A DNA stretch of 54,133 nt from Dehalococcoidales bacterium (GTDB lineage: Bacteria > Chloroflexota > Dehalococcoidia > Dehalococcoidales > UBA2162). Of the stretch, positions 28,848 through 38,708 are shown in pieces. The notes under the pieces were generated by a model. That model was given only the letters and a program-made list of their open reading frames with translations. It ran no database searches and had not been told where the DNA came from. Where the stretch lies: the NCBI GenBank assembly GCA_034432095.1, contig DAOUCV010000088.1:1-54133 (forward strand), in the 5' to 3' direction. Every line of letters starts with the position of its first letter. The stretch's first letter is position 1. Made by a program: the position numbers and the translations under genes.

Positions 28848-31250
28848 TTATGAAGATAGTTTATTGTCAGGCTCAGCATAAAGAATATCGTGCCAAACTG
28901 AAATAACGAACCCTCTATTGCTAAGCCAGTCTGCGACCTCTTCCCTTTCGTTAGAATAGTGGTTGACTGGTGTCACAATTCTGGGCCTATAAGTTCTTAA
29001 AGTTTCCTCCGCTCCCTTTAAAAGGTCGGTTGTCGCTCCCTCCACGTTGGCCTTTATTAGGTGCAGAGCACTTAATCTACATTCCTTTACCAGCTGGTCT
29101 ACAGTTGTTGAAGAGACAGCTAGACTTTCCTGGCTTCTTATCCTGATGGAGTGTCCTGCCGAGCGAGCATCAATGAAGAGCTCCACACGTCCAGATTGTG
29201 AGGCTAAAGCCACATTCATTGGAACCACATTCGTACATTTATTCAGTTCGATGTTCTTTTTTAAGCACTCAAAATTTCCTGGGTGTGGTTCAACCGCAAC
29301 CACAGTACCTGTTCTCCCAACCTGTTTGGATGCTTTTATGGTGTATATACCAATATGTGCTCCGGCATCAAGCACAACCTGGCCCTTTTGAGGCCGGTAG
29401 TTATCGTAGATTCCCTGCCGCCATATCGCGCCAATATGGTCTACCGCATCGCTAAGGTCGGGAGTAAAGACCTTTAACTCTCCCGGCACCTTAATGAGCC
29501 ATAAGGAATCTGCTCTGCGCTGAACAATCATGGCATGCAATAAGAGGTAATAAACCAAATAGGCAAGTGACCCAATCACAGGGACATTTAGAAAGCCGCT
29601 CTTAAATCTCTGTAAAGCTTCTAAGCTCGCAAGTTTGTCAAGCCTTAATATCCTCCGACCAAGGAAAATAGTGCTCTGAGCCAGGAAAGTTCGTCCCTTC
29701 TCTCTAACGGGACTCCGCCTAATAAGCGTGGTTTCCAATTTCCCCCCTGCGAACCGTTTGGTCAAGTTTGCTATCTTTTTGACTACCTTAATAGTTAGAA
29801 TGTACTGTAAGATTGCGTCTTTTTCAACCTTAGTTAAGATACCACTGGCGAACCAACCAAGGAGAACAAATGCTACTACCCCAGTGGCTACCTTCATCAG
29901 CAATGAGAGCCAGGACCGCTGACTGGTTATTTCCCAGCCAATGGCGAAGGCTACAATCAAGAACAAGAACCCCAGGGCTAACTTACCCCAAGTATAGTCT
30001 ACCACGAAAGCCTTCTGCGCCCAATAATAGCAAAGTACGGCGTATAGGATATAGGCGACAACAGAGCTTGTGGCTGCGGCCAGAGTGCCGAATTTCGGGA
30101 TAAGTATGAAGTTTAGCCCCAGATTTGCGAAAGCGGCGATGATGGCGGCTGTGGCATTGAACTCCGGCTTCTTAGCTAGAAGCAGAGCCATTCCTGCGGG
30201 AATCATTAACAAATAGATAAAAGGAGACAGGGTGAGCAATGGCACCAATTTCACCGCCGCCTGATATTCCGCTTTTGCTCCAAAGAGGAAGGTAAACGCT
30301 CGTAGCACATCGCCGGTGCCCAGAGCAATAGCCAGATACAGGATACCACCAGCCAGGAAAAGGTAGAGCATCAATTTTTGCAGAAGCTTCTTGATGTCCT
30401 CGGTTGGGCTACCAGCGGCATACGAAAAAAAGAAGGGGTCAATGAAAAGAGCAAGAGGACCGGACAAAAAAACGCTAAAGAGGCCGGCGAAGCTGTAAGC
30501 CACCGAATAGATACCGACTGCCGCCCCACCGTGAAAATAATTCAGTATAAGCCTATCAGATAAGGCAAGCGACCACATTGCAATGCCGGTGAAGACATAG
30601 GGAAAACCAAGCCTTAACAATTGTCTAAGATACGAAGCATTGAGGGAGAAGCTAACGTACCGCGAGACGAAAGGAAACATGGAGAATAGAACGATTATGT
30701 AGGCGACAAGGCCTGACTCAAAGTAACCCCCAATGCCCCTCCCCAGAAAGGCGATAAACCATAGCTTTAGGGCAAAATCGAGAAGAAACCTGAACAAAGA
30801 GAAGCCCACATAGGGACCAGCCTTTTTTTCAAGTTGCAGTATGGTAAAAGGGATAGTTTGCAAAAGGGAGATAAAAAGAAAACCTCCGACGAGTCTTATG
30901 GCGTAAGCATAATCTCCACTACGGAAAAGGAGTGAGGACAGTTGGGGAGCTTGACTGAATAGGACTGCCCCGACTAAGGCACCGGTAAGAAAATACCACA
31001 GGCACGCGTTGCCGACAAGCCTTCTCCTCTCCCTGCTCTCGGCCTCGTAGTAAAGGCGGTACAACCCACTGACGACCCCAACACTAGCAAAAATGGTGAC
31101 CAATGGGATGACCGTAATAAGTACCGAGATAATACCATATTCTGAAGGTGGGAATAGCCGCAAATATAGCGGCAGCAGGAGAAAACCAAGAGCCGCTTGG
31201 GCAATACTACCTGCTCCATAGACAAAAAAGTTCTTTAGGACATTTCCCAC
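28848..31250 (-). CDS. Wzx/MOP-type flippase fused to a C-terminal FkbM methyltransferase (800 aa)
   Basis: N-terminal multi-TM region (LLLPLYLRLFPPSEYG, SDRLIL, GIYSVAY, NLGLNFILIPKFG); C-terminal VLDAGAHIG, VVAVEP, KANVEG. GTG start. Confidence 0.85.
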   Translation of the reverse strand: MGNVLKNFFVYGAGSIAQAALGFLLLPLYLRLFPPSEYGIISVLITVIPLVTIFASVGVVSGLYRLYYEAESRERRRLVGNACLWYFLTGALVGAVLFSQAPQLSSLLFRSGDYAYAIRLVGGFLFISLLQTIPFTILQLEKKAGPYVGFSLFRFLLDFALKLWFIAFLGRGIGGYFESGLVAYIIVLFSMFPFVSRYVSFSLNASYLRQLLRLGFPYVFTGIAMWSLALSDRLILNYFHGGAAVGIYSVAYSFAGLFSVFLSGPLALFIDPFFFSYAAGSPTEDIKKLLQKLMLYLFLAGGILYLAIALGTGDVLRAFTFLFGAKAEYQAAVKLVPLLTLSPFIYLLMIPAGMALLLAKKPEFNATAAIIAAFANLGLNFILIPKFGTLAAATSSVVAYILYAVLCYYWAQKAFVVDYTWGKLALGFLFLIVAFAIGWEITSQRSWLSLLMKVATGVVAFVLLGWFASGILTKVEKDAILQYILTIKVVKKIANLTKRFAGGKLETTLIRRSPVREKGRTFLAQSTIFLGRRILRLDKLASLEALQRFKSGFLNVPVIGSLAYLVYYLLLHAMIVQRRADSLWLIKVPGELKVFTPDLSDAVDHIGAIWRQGIYDNYRPQKGQVVLDAGAHIGIYTIKASKQVGRTGTVVAVEPHPGNFECLKKNIELNKCTNVVPMNVALASQSGRVELFIDARSAGHSIRIRSQESLAVSSTTVDQLVKECRLSALHLIKANVEGATTDLLKGAEETLRTYRPRIVTPVNHYSNEREEVADWLSNRGFVISVWHDILYAEPDNKLSS

Positions 31251-31306
31251 AACTGTATCAGTAACCCTCTCTGAGAGTTACTCCTCGCGCCGGCGCTGCA
31301 ACCCAT

Positions 31307-31336
31307 ATCGTACTCTATCAGCGTAATCATAGTCAA
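31307..31336 (-). promoter_or_regulatory. Sigma70-type promoter of the minus-strand glycan arm
   Basis: TTGACT (31336..31331), 18 nt, TACGAT (31312..31307), about 55 nt upstream of the flippase start. Confidence 0.5.
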
Positions 31337-31378
31337 TTTTATTAAATCTGGGCTGTCTTGTCCTGCAAAGTAGACAGC

Positions 31379-31500
31379 ATCCTTGAGAATAAGAGACCCT
31401 GTCCCGATAGAATTTCTCCAGTCCTTCATATCGCCATATCGCCAACTATGTCAGGACAGTTCGTCTGCAGAAAGTCACCGCATACCAGTGACATTAGCCC
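31379..31500 (-). pseudogene. Remnant of a family-5 SBP gene
   Basis: Reads PDIV-(1-nt shift)-YGDMKDWRNSIGTGSLILKD, versus PEVVDKYGDLKDWRNVIGTGPWMLTD in the intact SBP at 543..2339. Confidence 0.7.
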
Positions 31501-31514
31501 TTCCATCGCATACG

Positions 31515-32045
31515 TTAGAAAAGAATGCAGCCTGTCCAAGTAATCCTGTCGGCGCGGAACTCACTATCCAGACCCAATTTATCCAGTAGCCCTACAACAT
31601 CAACGGCAATTGCTTCCAACGACGTTCTTGCTTTGTCAGGATACAGGCAGGGTTCATTACTTTTGGCTTTGCAAATATCACACAACCCACAGTTTCCGCC
31701 AATCATTCCCCATACCTGGTTGATTCCTCTTTCCCGCAGGAATTCTTCCATCTGAAGAACCTTATTGTGAAAATCTATCTTAGTCTGTATAACACCCTCC
31801 CTGTTGCCTTTAACATCTATGTCCTTTGAATATTGTAATAGCAAGCCACGTTGGAACTTACTGAGTTTGATGCTGATTTCCTCCAACGAACCGACATAAG
31901 GTGGGCACGTATAGTTGTTGCCATAGTTCTCGCACTTATTTTCTATACAAAAGGCTCTTATTCGTTTTTCTGGGAACACAATCGCTGAGTCAAATTCGAG
32001 GCATGTCTCAATTCCCAATTGCCTGGCAAATTCTGCGGCTCTCAT
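31515..32045 (-). CDS. Cys-rich predicted metal-binding protein (DUF2284-like)
   Basis: C-x4-C-x2-YG-x4-CPP, GGNCGLCDIC, CLYPDKARTSLEAIAVDV. Confidence 0.8.
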   Translation of the reverse strand: MRAAEFARQLGIETCLEFDSAIVFPEKRIRAFCIENKCENYGNNYTCPPYVGSLEEISIKLSKFQRGLLLQYSKDIDVKGNREGVIQTKIDFHNKVLQMEEFLRERGINQVWGMIGGNCGLCDICKAKSNEPCLYPDKARTSLEAIAVDVVGLLDKLGLDSEFRADRITWTGCILF

Positions 32046-32267
32046 TTACCACCCCCATCTTTTTCCGCCTTTGGTTCTATCTTGCCGGATAACCCTGCTG
32101 CATTCTACTAAAAAGCCAAGTAGTGGTGTCAATAGGTAGGTTTTCCCTGATTACCTGCCCACGACCCGCTGGAAGGCTGGGATGGCTATTGCCAGCGTCA
32201 CAATATCAAAACCAAATGAGAAGTATGCAATGTTGGCTAAGTGTAAGCAGGCAGCCGAAAATTGGGC

Positions 32268-33662
32268 CTATTTGCTGACAACAATTGCGAAGGATACCCC
32301 GCTCTCTACCTGGGTGGTCTCAGTTTCGGCGCTCTTACCCTCTCCAATCTCAGCGAGGCGGACTTCGGAGAACTCTCCATGTGACTCCAGAGCCATGGCA
32401 TAGCTGATGACAGTGAAAGCGCTATCGGCTTTCCCCTTTATGGTGAGCTGGTCAGTCTCTATCTCTATAGCAGTGAAGTATGCCCCGGATGGAAGGGGCA
32501 CCAGTAACCAATGTCAACTCGCCAGCGAAGTCATCTTTACTGAGAATATGTTGATGTTCTTGTCTCATGGTCTGTATACTGGCTTCTATTTCGTTTATAG
32601 TTTCCTCGATTCGCTTTGCCTCATCAAAAGCGAGCCGAGCTTGACGGAGTTCCTGGCTAACGCTGGTTAACTCAGCTTGCAATCGCTCAGTTTCAGCACC
32701 AGCCTTATTTTTGACCAGGTACAGAGGAGACAGAAGACCAATGACAATTACTAAAGTCAGGGTGAGAACCAAGTTTTGTATTAATAATGAGAGGGCTCGG
32801 CTTGGTTTTTTGCCTGGCAATATATTGAGGTTTATATCGCGGTAGCCGGCAATGTCTCCCCTGGCTACTTTCTTCTGCGGCATCTTTTTGAGTGCCAGCC
32901 CCATATTGGTGGCATATTTAGCAATAGGTAAGTCTGCGGGGGACTCCAGTGGCGGAATTAAAGGCTTGACCGGGTATTCTATCTCTGTTTGGATAATCTT
33001 GCTGACAGTAGCATTGGTTGACAGCTCCCCGGTCAACAGCAAAGGAGTGTTTGGATTAAGATGGCTCTCAGGATGGCTTGTGTTATAGAACTTAATTGTC
33101 TTTGCTAATTCATCGGTTAGTCGCCGAACGTTATCCTCTACGCTTGCTTCTCCTCCCCTTGGCATTATTGAGTGCATAATGGCGGGCAAACCTTTGGCTA
33201 CCAGAACAATATCAAAACAGTCAGGCTCCAAATCTACAATGAGGGCATCTTCTCTATTAGCGGCTCTAGCCAGTGCCAGTGGCTTCAGGTCTATGAGGTA
33301 GGGCTCTATTCCGGCTTCTTCCAGTGTCTGAACCATAGCATCAACAAGATTTCGTGGTACACCCAAAACAAAGAAGCCCCCCAGAGGATAGCCTCCTCTA
33401 GAAGGGCGGGCTTCACCCGGGGTAGAGTCAGGATACGGTAAGTAAAGGGCAAGCCAGTCAAGCTAGTAATGACTCTTTCTTTGGGTACCCCTGTCGATTT
33501 GAACAGGGTGTCAATAGCTTCTCCCTCGGTTTTTGGCTTGAGGATAAGTCTATCGCTGACCAACCCCGATGTCAGCGGCACATCCCCCCAACTCTGCACC
33601 TTTTTTCCCTGTACAGAGAGTAGCCTGATACTGGCGGCACTGATATTTAGCGTTACATACAT
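32268..33662 (-). pseudogene. PilM-PilN fusion, disrupted by two lesions
   Basis: Start ATG 33662. Actin-like PilM segment breaks at about 33376 (EEAILWG/FFVLGVPRN, frame change). PilN part (INLNILP, TM, coiled coil) has +1 in the G4 run 32495..32498 and resumes LPSGAYFTAIEI...VSFAIVVSK. Confidence 0.8.
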
Positions 33663-33684
33663 TTTGTCGATAGTCCTTCCCCCT

Positions 33685-34257
33685 CTACTCAAAGGCTGGA
33701 GATTGCGTATAAATAGCCAGACTCAAACTAGCCGTGACAGGTGTAGCGTCTTTAGTAACAACCTCTCCTTCAGACTGTTCGCTAGCCCTGGTAATACTCA
33801 AATACCTCACGCTAAGTGTCTTGAACTCGCCATTTTCCAGCTTGCTGAGGAACCTGACCAATTGTGAGAAACTTCCCTCGATGGTCATATCCAGCTAGAA
33901 AGCATAATAGCCGTGTTCTCCAACGTGCTCCAATGACCAGGGTTGAGTTGTCAAAGGGATGACTTTAACCTCGCAGGCATCGGCAAGCTCGAGAATGGCA
34001 TTGATGACCTCGGTGCTGTTCATCTTGCTGGGAAATGTGCCTTGCTCGGCAGCCAGACCCGCCCGAGCTGCGGCTAATCGCTGTTCCAAGTCCTGAGGAG
34101 GCCGGGGTATTTGAGCCAGTGCCTGGCTGACGTCAATAATCTGGGAAGTCAGCGCTTCATGCTCATTGCGCTGTTTCATATAGCTCATACCGAGATAACC
34201 GTTGCCTATTAATACGATAATAATTGAGACTATAGCGACTAGCTTGACCCTTGCCAA
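33685..34257 (-). pseudogene. PilO-like protein with an internal in-frame TAG
   Basis: N-terminal TM and coiled coil; ...YYAF*LDMTIEGSFSQLVRFL... stays in frame through TAG 33895..33897; 191 codons in total. Confidence 0.75.
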
Positions 34258-34292
34258 AGTCTCTCCTTTACTGGTACCGTTATATTGTCTTA

Positions 34293-34831
34293 CTAATCCA
34301 CCTGCCAGGAAAGGACAGAGACACCTCCATCTGCAATTTGAACCTCAGCGCGGACAGTACTGTCACCGGCGGTGGATACAATCTCATAGCTTGCTCCTAT
34401 CTCATTGGTGAAGGCGCCGCCATCTCCCACATTGGCTGGAGCATCTGCCATTGCCGTCCAGGTGCTACTCCGGATGTCATACCTCCAGAAAGCGCTGTTT
34501 CCACCTCCTCTGAAGGCGTAAAGAGGGCAGGAAGAATTTATCCTGGTTACAATGATGGTGGGTACGATATTATTAATTGTCTCGCTTAGCTGATAGGTAG
34601 TGCCGTCTCCCGGGGAGGACAGCTCATCAGCCAGGCCATCGTTGGTCAGGCGCCAGATGGCATGCTCCACCCCAGCGTCAGTTGTATATTGCTCAGTTAT
34701 CGCTTGCCCATAGTTCGAGAGCCAATGAGGGTGCTGCTGGCGTGACTGAGAAAAGGGGCTATGACCACTGAGCCGATAGCCAGAGTGACCAGGACTAGAG
34801 GAAGGACCTGTCCTTTTTCGCCGTTCATCAT
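34293..34831 (-). pseudogene. Minor pilin/PilX-like protein, -1 frameshift
   Basis: MMNGEKGQVLPLVLVTLAIG (class III-like signal); adding one base near 34714 joins it to YGQAITEQYTTDAGVEHAIWRL; 539+1 = 540 nt. Confidence 0.75.
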
Positions 34832-34833
34832 TC

Positions 34834-35283
34834 TTACTCCTCTGTAGGTCGGCGGTAGACCTGGTATGTCCCGTTCTCACTCACATCCCATCTCCCCTGT
34901 GGGTATGAGGTTAAGTTCATAGTAATAGTGTGGTCTTCAACGGAGAAGCTAGCGCTGGCAATATTCTGCGCTAGCGTCATATTTGAGCTACCCGTCATAC
35001 GGTAAAGCTCAGTGCCAACCACGCTATAAGTGGCTGACGAGTCGTCGGTTAGAGTAAGTACCAGCTCCCTACCGCCGCTTGCCCTACTTGCTCTCTGCCC
35101 ATCAAGGCTGAACCAATGAGCCACGTTTTGAACCTCGTGCGTGGCGGTCAGCCTGTCATTACCATAATCGGTAACGGTGATAATCTGATAGATAGCCGTA
35201 CCCACCCCACTGACGATGAGACCGGTGATAGCCGTAGCTACAAGCAGTTCAACTAAAGAGAACCCTCCCTCTCTCTTAATCAT
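34834..35283 (-). CDS. Prepilin-type minor pilin
   Basis: EGG/FSLVELLVA with Glu+5 and hydrophobic helix; frame intact. Confidence 0.85.
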   Translation of the reverse strand: MIKREGGFSLVELLVATAITGLIVSGVGTAIYQIITVTDYGNDRLTATHEVQNVAHWFSLDGQRASRASGGRELVLTLTDDSSATYSVVGTELYRMTGSSNMTLAQNIASASFSVEDHTITMNLTSYPQGRWDVSENGTYQVYRRPTEE

Positions 35284-35699
35284 CGGTTCACCTTATAGCC
35301 TTCGACGGTCAGTATGGCGCTGGCGTTTTTATAGATAGTTACCCTTATTTTTTGAATATCAGCATCATTGTCCGGGGTAGCCTCAACCTCAAGGGAAATG
35401 GCGTAGCCTTCTGGCGTCTCAACCGTGGAATAGGTGGTCTCATAGGGGCAGCTTTTAACGTATTCAAGCTGGTTCCGTGCTAATCTCTGGGCTACAGCTT
35501 CCTGCCCACCCTCACGAACGGCAATTGACCCTGTTGATAGTGCTGTTACGAAAGCAACCACGGCAACCCCTACGATGGAAACTGAGACTATAGACTCGGG
35601 TAGGCTCAGTCCTCCCTGCTCCTGAAACCAGACATTTACTTTGCCAAGCCACTGTTTTATTGTCCTTACCATCTTCTGTTTCCTGCTAAAGTTGCTCAC
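35280..35699 (-). CDS. Prepilin-type minor pilin
   Basis: QGG/LSLPESIV with Glu+5, ARNQLEYVK; frame intact; start may be GTG 35699 or ATG 35672. Confidence 0.75.
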   Translation of the reverse strand: MSNFSRKQKMVRTIKQWLGKVNVWFQEQGGLSLPESIVSVSIVGVAVVAFVTALSTGSIAVREGGQEAVAQRLARNQLEYVKSCPYETTYSTVETPEGYAISLEVEATPDNDADIQKIRVTIYKNASAILTVEGYKVNR

Positions 35700-36903
35700 C
35701 TTATTGACTGTATCATGGAGTAGAGTGGCGTTATCATCGAGAGAGCAATGAAGGCAACCACCAATCCGACGGCTACCGTCAAAACCGGCTCCATCATTGC
35801 TGTGAGACTATCAATCCTCTGGTCAACTCTCTGTTCGTAATAATCAGCCAGAGTAGCGAGGCTAGCGTCCAGGGTACCCGTTTTCTCACCGACGGCTATC
35901 ATCTCCACCAGAAGCTGGGGGAAGAGTCTAATGCCAGCCATCGACTGGGACAGGCTATTACCTTGTACCAGTTTATCTCGCACATCCTGTAATGCCTGAC
36001 GGATGAGCCTGTTCTTGACCGTTTGAAGTATGACATTCATTGTCTGATGCAACTGGAGCCCGGCTTTTAACATCACTGATACTGACTGGCAGAAGTGGTA
36101 CATATTTCGTTCTATGTTGATTGCCCCAATCACCGGTGCCTGTAGCATCAGTCTGTCCACGGTGAGTTTTCCTCTCGGCAACCCTGTGTAGCCAACGACC
36201 AAAATAATTAGAGTAAGTAGCCCTCCCAGAAGGTAGAGCCTATTGGTGATGAGGAAATCAGCCATAGCGATGACCAGTTTTGTCGTCCAGGGTAACTCAG
36301 CACCGAGTGAGGTAAATAGCCCGACCAGCGGTGGCAGGGCAACAGTGACCATTATGGTAAAGACACCGATAGCCATGAGCACAACCAAAGCGGGATACGC
36401 CAAAGAGCGTGTTATTTTTTCATCGCTGTTGCCTGTTTTTCCATATATCCAGCTATCTGCCTGAGACCGACCTCAAGATTTCCGGCTAGCCCGCTGGCTC
36501 TTATCACCTGACAGTAGGTATAGGAGAACGCCTGTGGGTACTTATTAAGTGCCTGGGAAAGGTTGCTGCCTTGTTGAAGCTCCGCAATCAATCCGGCAAT
36601 GACTTTTCTGAGGGTAGATTTAGAAGCCTGCCCCTCGAGTAGTTGCAGAGCGGTCAGAATAGCAACTCCGGACTCGACTAATGTAGCTAGCTGACGTGAG
36701 AAATTAATCACATCTTGAGCCTTAACCCCAAAGAGGGTGGGAAATAATCTGTCTAGACTCAAGCCTGAACCTGTTTCTCTGAGACTGAGGACACGGTACC
36801 CGGCCCAGTATAAGGCTTCCTCGGCCATGCTTTTGGAAGCGGCATCAATTTTACCTTGCACAATCCGCTTATCGAGAGTGTAGGCTGTATATTGGTATCC
36901 CAT
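35696..36903 (-). pseudogene. pilC: PilC/GspF platform protein, -1 frameshift
   Basis: Start ATG 36903; FSRQLATLVESG; break at T6 run 36415..36420 (MKK*); adding one A gives MKKITRSLAYP...VGEKTG...MEP; 1208+1 = 1209 nt. Confidence 0.85.
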
Positions 36904-36934
36904 AATCACCCAGCCTGAGTTTGAGTACGCTCCG

Positions 36935-38639
36935 TCAGCCAATGGAAAAAACGCTACGCATCACCTCACTCATTGAGGTGATGCCTTCTTTCACCTTCAG
37001 CATCCCGTCCCGCTTCATGGTTATCATCCCTTCCCTGAGCGCCTCGGCTCTAATATCACTGGCACCGGCATTGCTGAGTAACATCCTCCTAATTTCCTCG
37101 CTCATGATCAGGATTTCAAAAAGCCCGGTTCGTCCCCGGTAGCCGGTATTGGCACACAGGTTACACCCTACAGCGCCATAAAAGGTGGCTATGGGTTCAT
37201 TCATTTCTTCATTGTAGGCCATTTGTTCCTCTAATGAGGGCTGAGATACCTCACGGCAGTGAGTACAGAGGCGGCGGACCATCCGTTGGGCGACAATACC
37301 GACCAGTGTTGAGGAGATAAGATACGGCTCAACACCCAAGTCCCTTAGCCGGAAAAGCACGCCAACGGCATCATTGCGTGGATTGAAGAGAGTACTAAAT
37401 GTCCCGTAAGAGCTGCCTGAACCGCTGTTGCTGCCGTATCTTTATCCCGTATCTCACCCACCAGAATAATATCGGGGTCATGCCGCATTATGGACCTCAG
37501 CCCGCTAGCAAAGGTTATCCCAGCCTTAAGGTTGACCTGGGTTTGACTGATGTCCTCAAAGCGGTACTCAATAGGGTCCTCGATTGTCAGGATATTACGT
37601 TCGTTTCGGTCGAGCTGGTTAATTGACGCGTAGAGGGTAGTCGTTTTGCCTGAGCCAGTAGGACCGCCCACCAGTATTAGACCGAAGGGACTTCCCAGCA
37701 TTGCCCGATACTTCTCGAGGGCCTCGGGTAAGAGACCCAACTCAGGCAAGGTGAAAAGGGAGAGAGACTTATCTAAAATTCGCAACGTTAACCTCTCCCC
37801 GTAAGCCGTCCCCATAGAGGCAACACGAATGTCAATATCTCTATCACCTACCCTGATAGAGAATTGACCGTCCTGAGGGCGTCTTTGTTCGGCGATGTTC
37901 ATGTCAGCCAGAATCTTGACCCTAGACACCAGTTGCATGTGAACGCTTAATGGCAGGGAAAACACGTCATGAAGGACCCCATCAATGCGGTAGCGGACCC
38001 GCAATCTATTCTCCTGGGGCTCAAGATGGATATCCGAGGCTCTATCCCGTACTGCCTGCGTTATTAATAAGTCCAGACTCTGAGCAATTGGCGTCCGGGC
38101 AACAAGATCTGGCGTAACCTCAGCCTCTTCTTCGACGGTAGGGGCTAACCGGCTTACCTGTTTCTCTATTTCGCTAGCGGACCGGTAGTTAAGGTCAATC
38201 GCCCGCTCAATATCAGAAGGAATCCCGAGGGCTACCTCAACCCTCATCTTAGCCTGAGCCTTGATGTCCTCTATGGTGCGGATATCCTCCGGGTCAGCCA
38301 TAACCACCACCAGAGCATCGCCGACTACGTCAAGGGGGATGAGAGTGTGTTTCCTGGCCACACTTTCCGGGATTAACCGCAGGGCATTGGGTTGAACCTT
38401 GTGTCTCTTGAGGTCGATTAGAGGCACATTTAGCTGGACACTGAGCACGGTGGCCAGGTCTTCAGCTTTGACCAGCCCCTGGTTTACCAGTATCTGCTTG
38501 AGTTCCCCTCCCTGCCTCCGCTGTAGCTCCAGGGCATTTTCTAACTGTTCGGCGGTGATGAGGTTCTCTTCAACCAGCATCTTGCCCAGGCTTTCACATG
38601 CTTCTCTTCAATAGCTCTCACCGATTCGTCTGTGTTCAC
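36935..38639 (-). pseudogene. pilB: PilB/GspE assembly ATPase, two -1 frameshifts
   Basis: GTG 38639 with RBS AGGAG; shift at 38592..38594 before LGKMLVEE; ASDIHLEP, Walker A GPTGSGKT, ILVGEIRD; second shift near 37375 destroys H-A-N-D; C-terminal CxxC...CxxC. 1705+2 = 1707 nt. Confidence 0.88.
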
Positions 38640-38708
38640 TTTTTCTCCTAAGTCCACGGGGAGACTTTATCGTTTATGCTGAGTAAAGTCATAGTTCTCT
38701 GTCTCGTT

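Noticed and set aside
5045-31250. Reading the locus as an LPS O-antigen or capsule cluster
   Set aside because: No Wzy, Wzz, WaaL, lipid A or capsule export genes in the window; the only transfer enzyme is an OST. Not fully excluded without the whole genome.
31235-31429. 64-aa ORF as a real gene
   Set aside because: Only its first 17 codons match an SBP; the rest runs over the flippase promoter. Treated as a pseudogene fragment.
32151-32267. Start-less hydrophobic frame (NIAYFSFGFDIVTLAIAIPAFQRVVGR*) after the PilN stop, resembling a permease C-terminus
   Set aside because: Too short, with no start or RBS; the similarity is only impressionistic.
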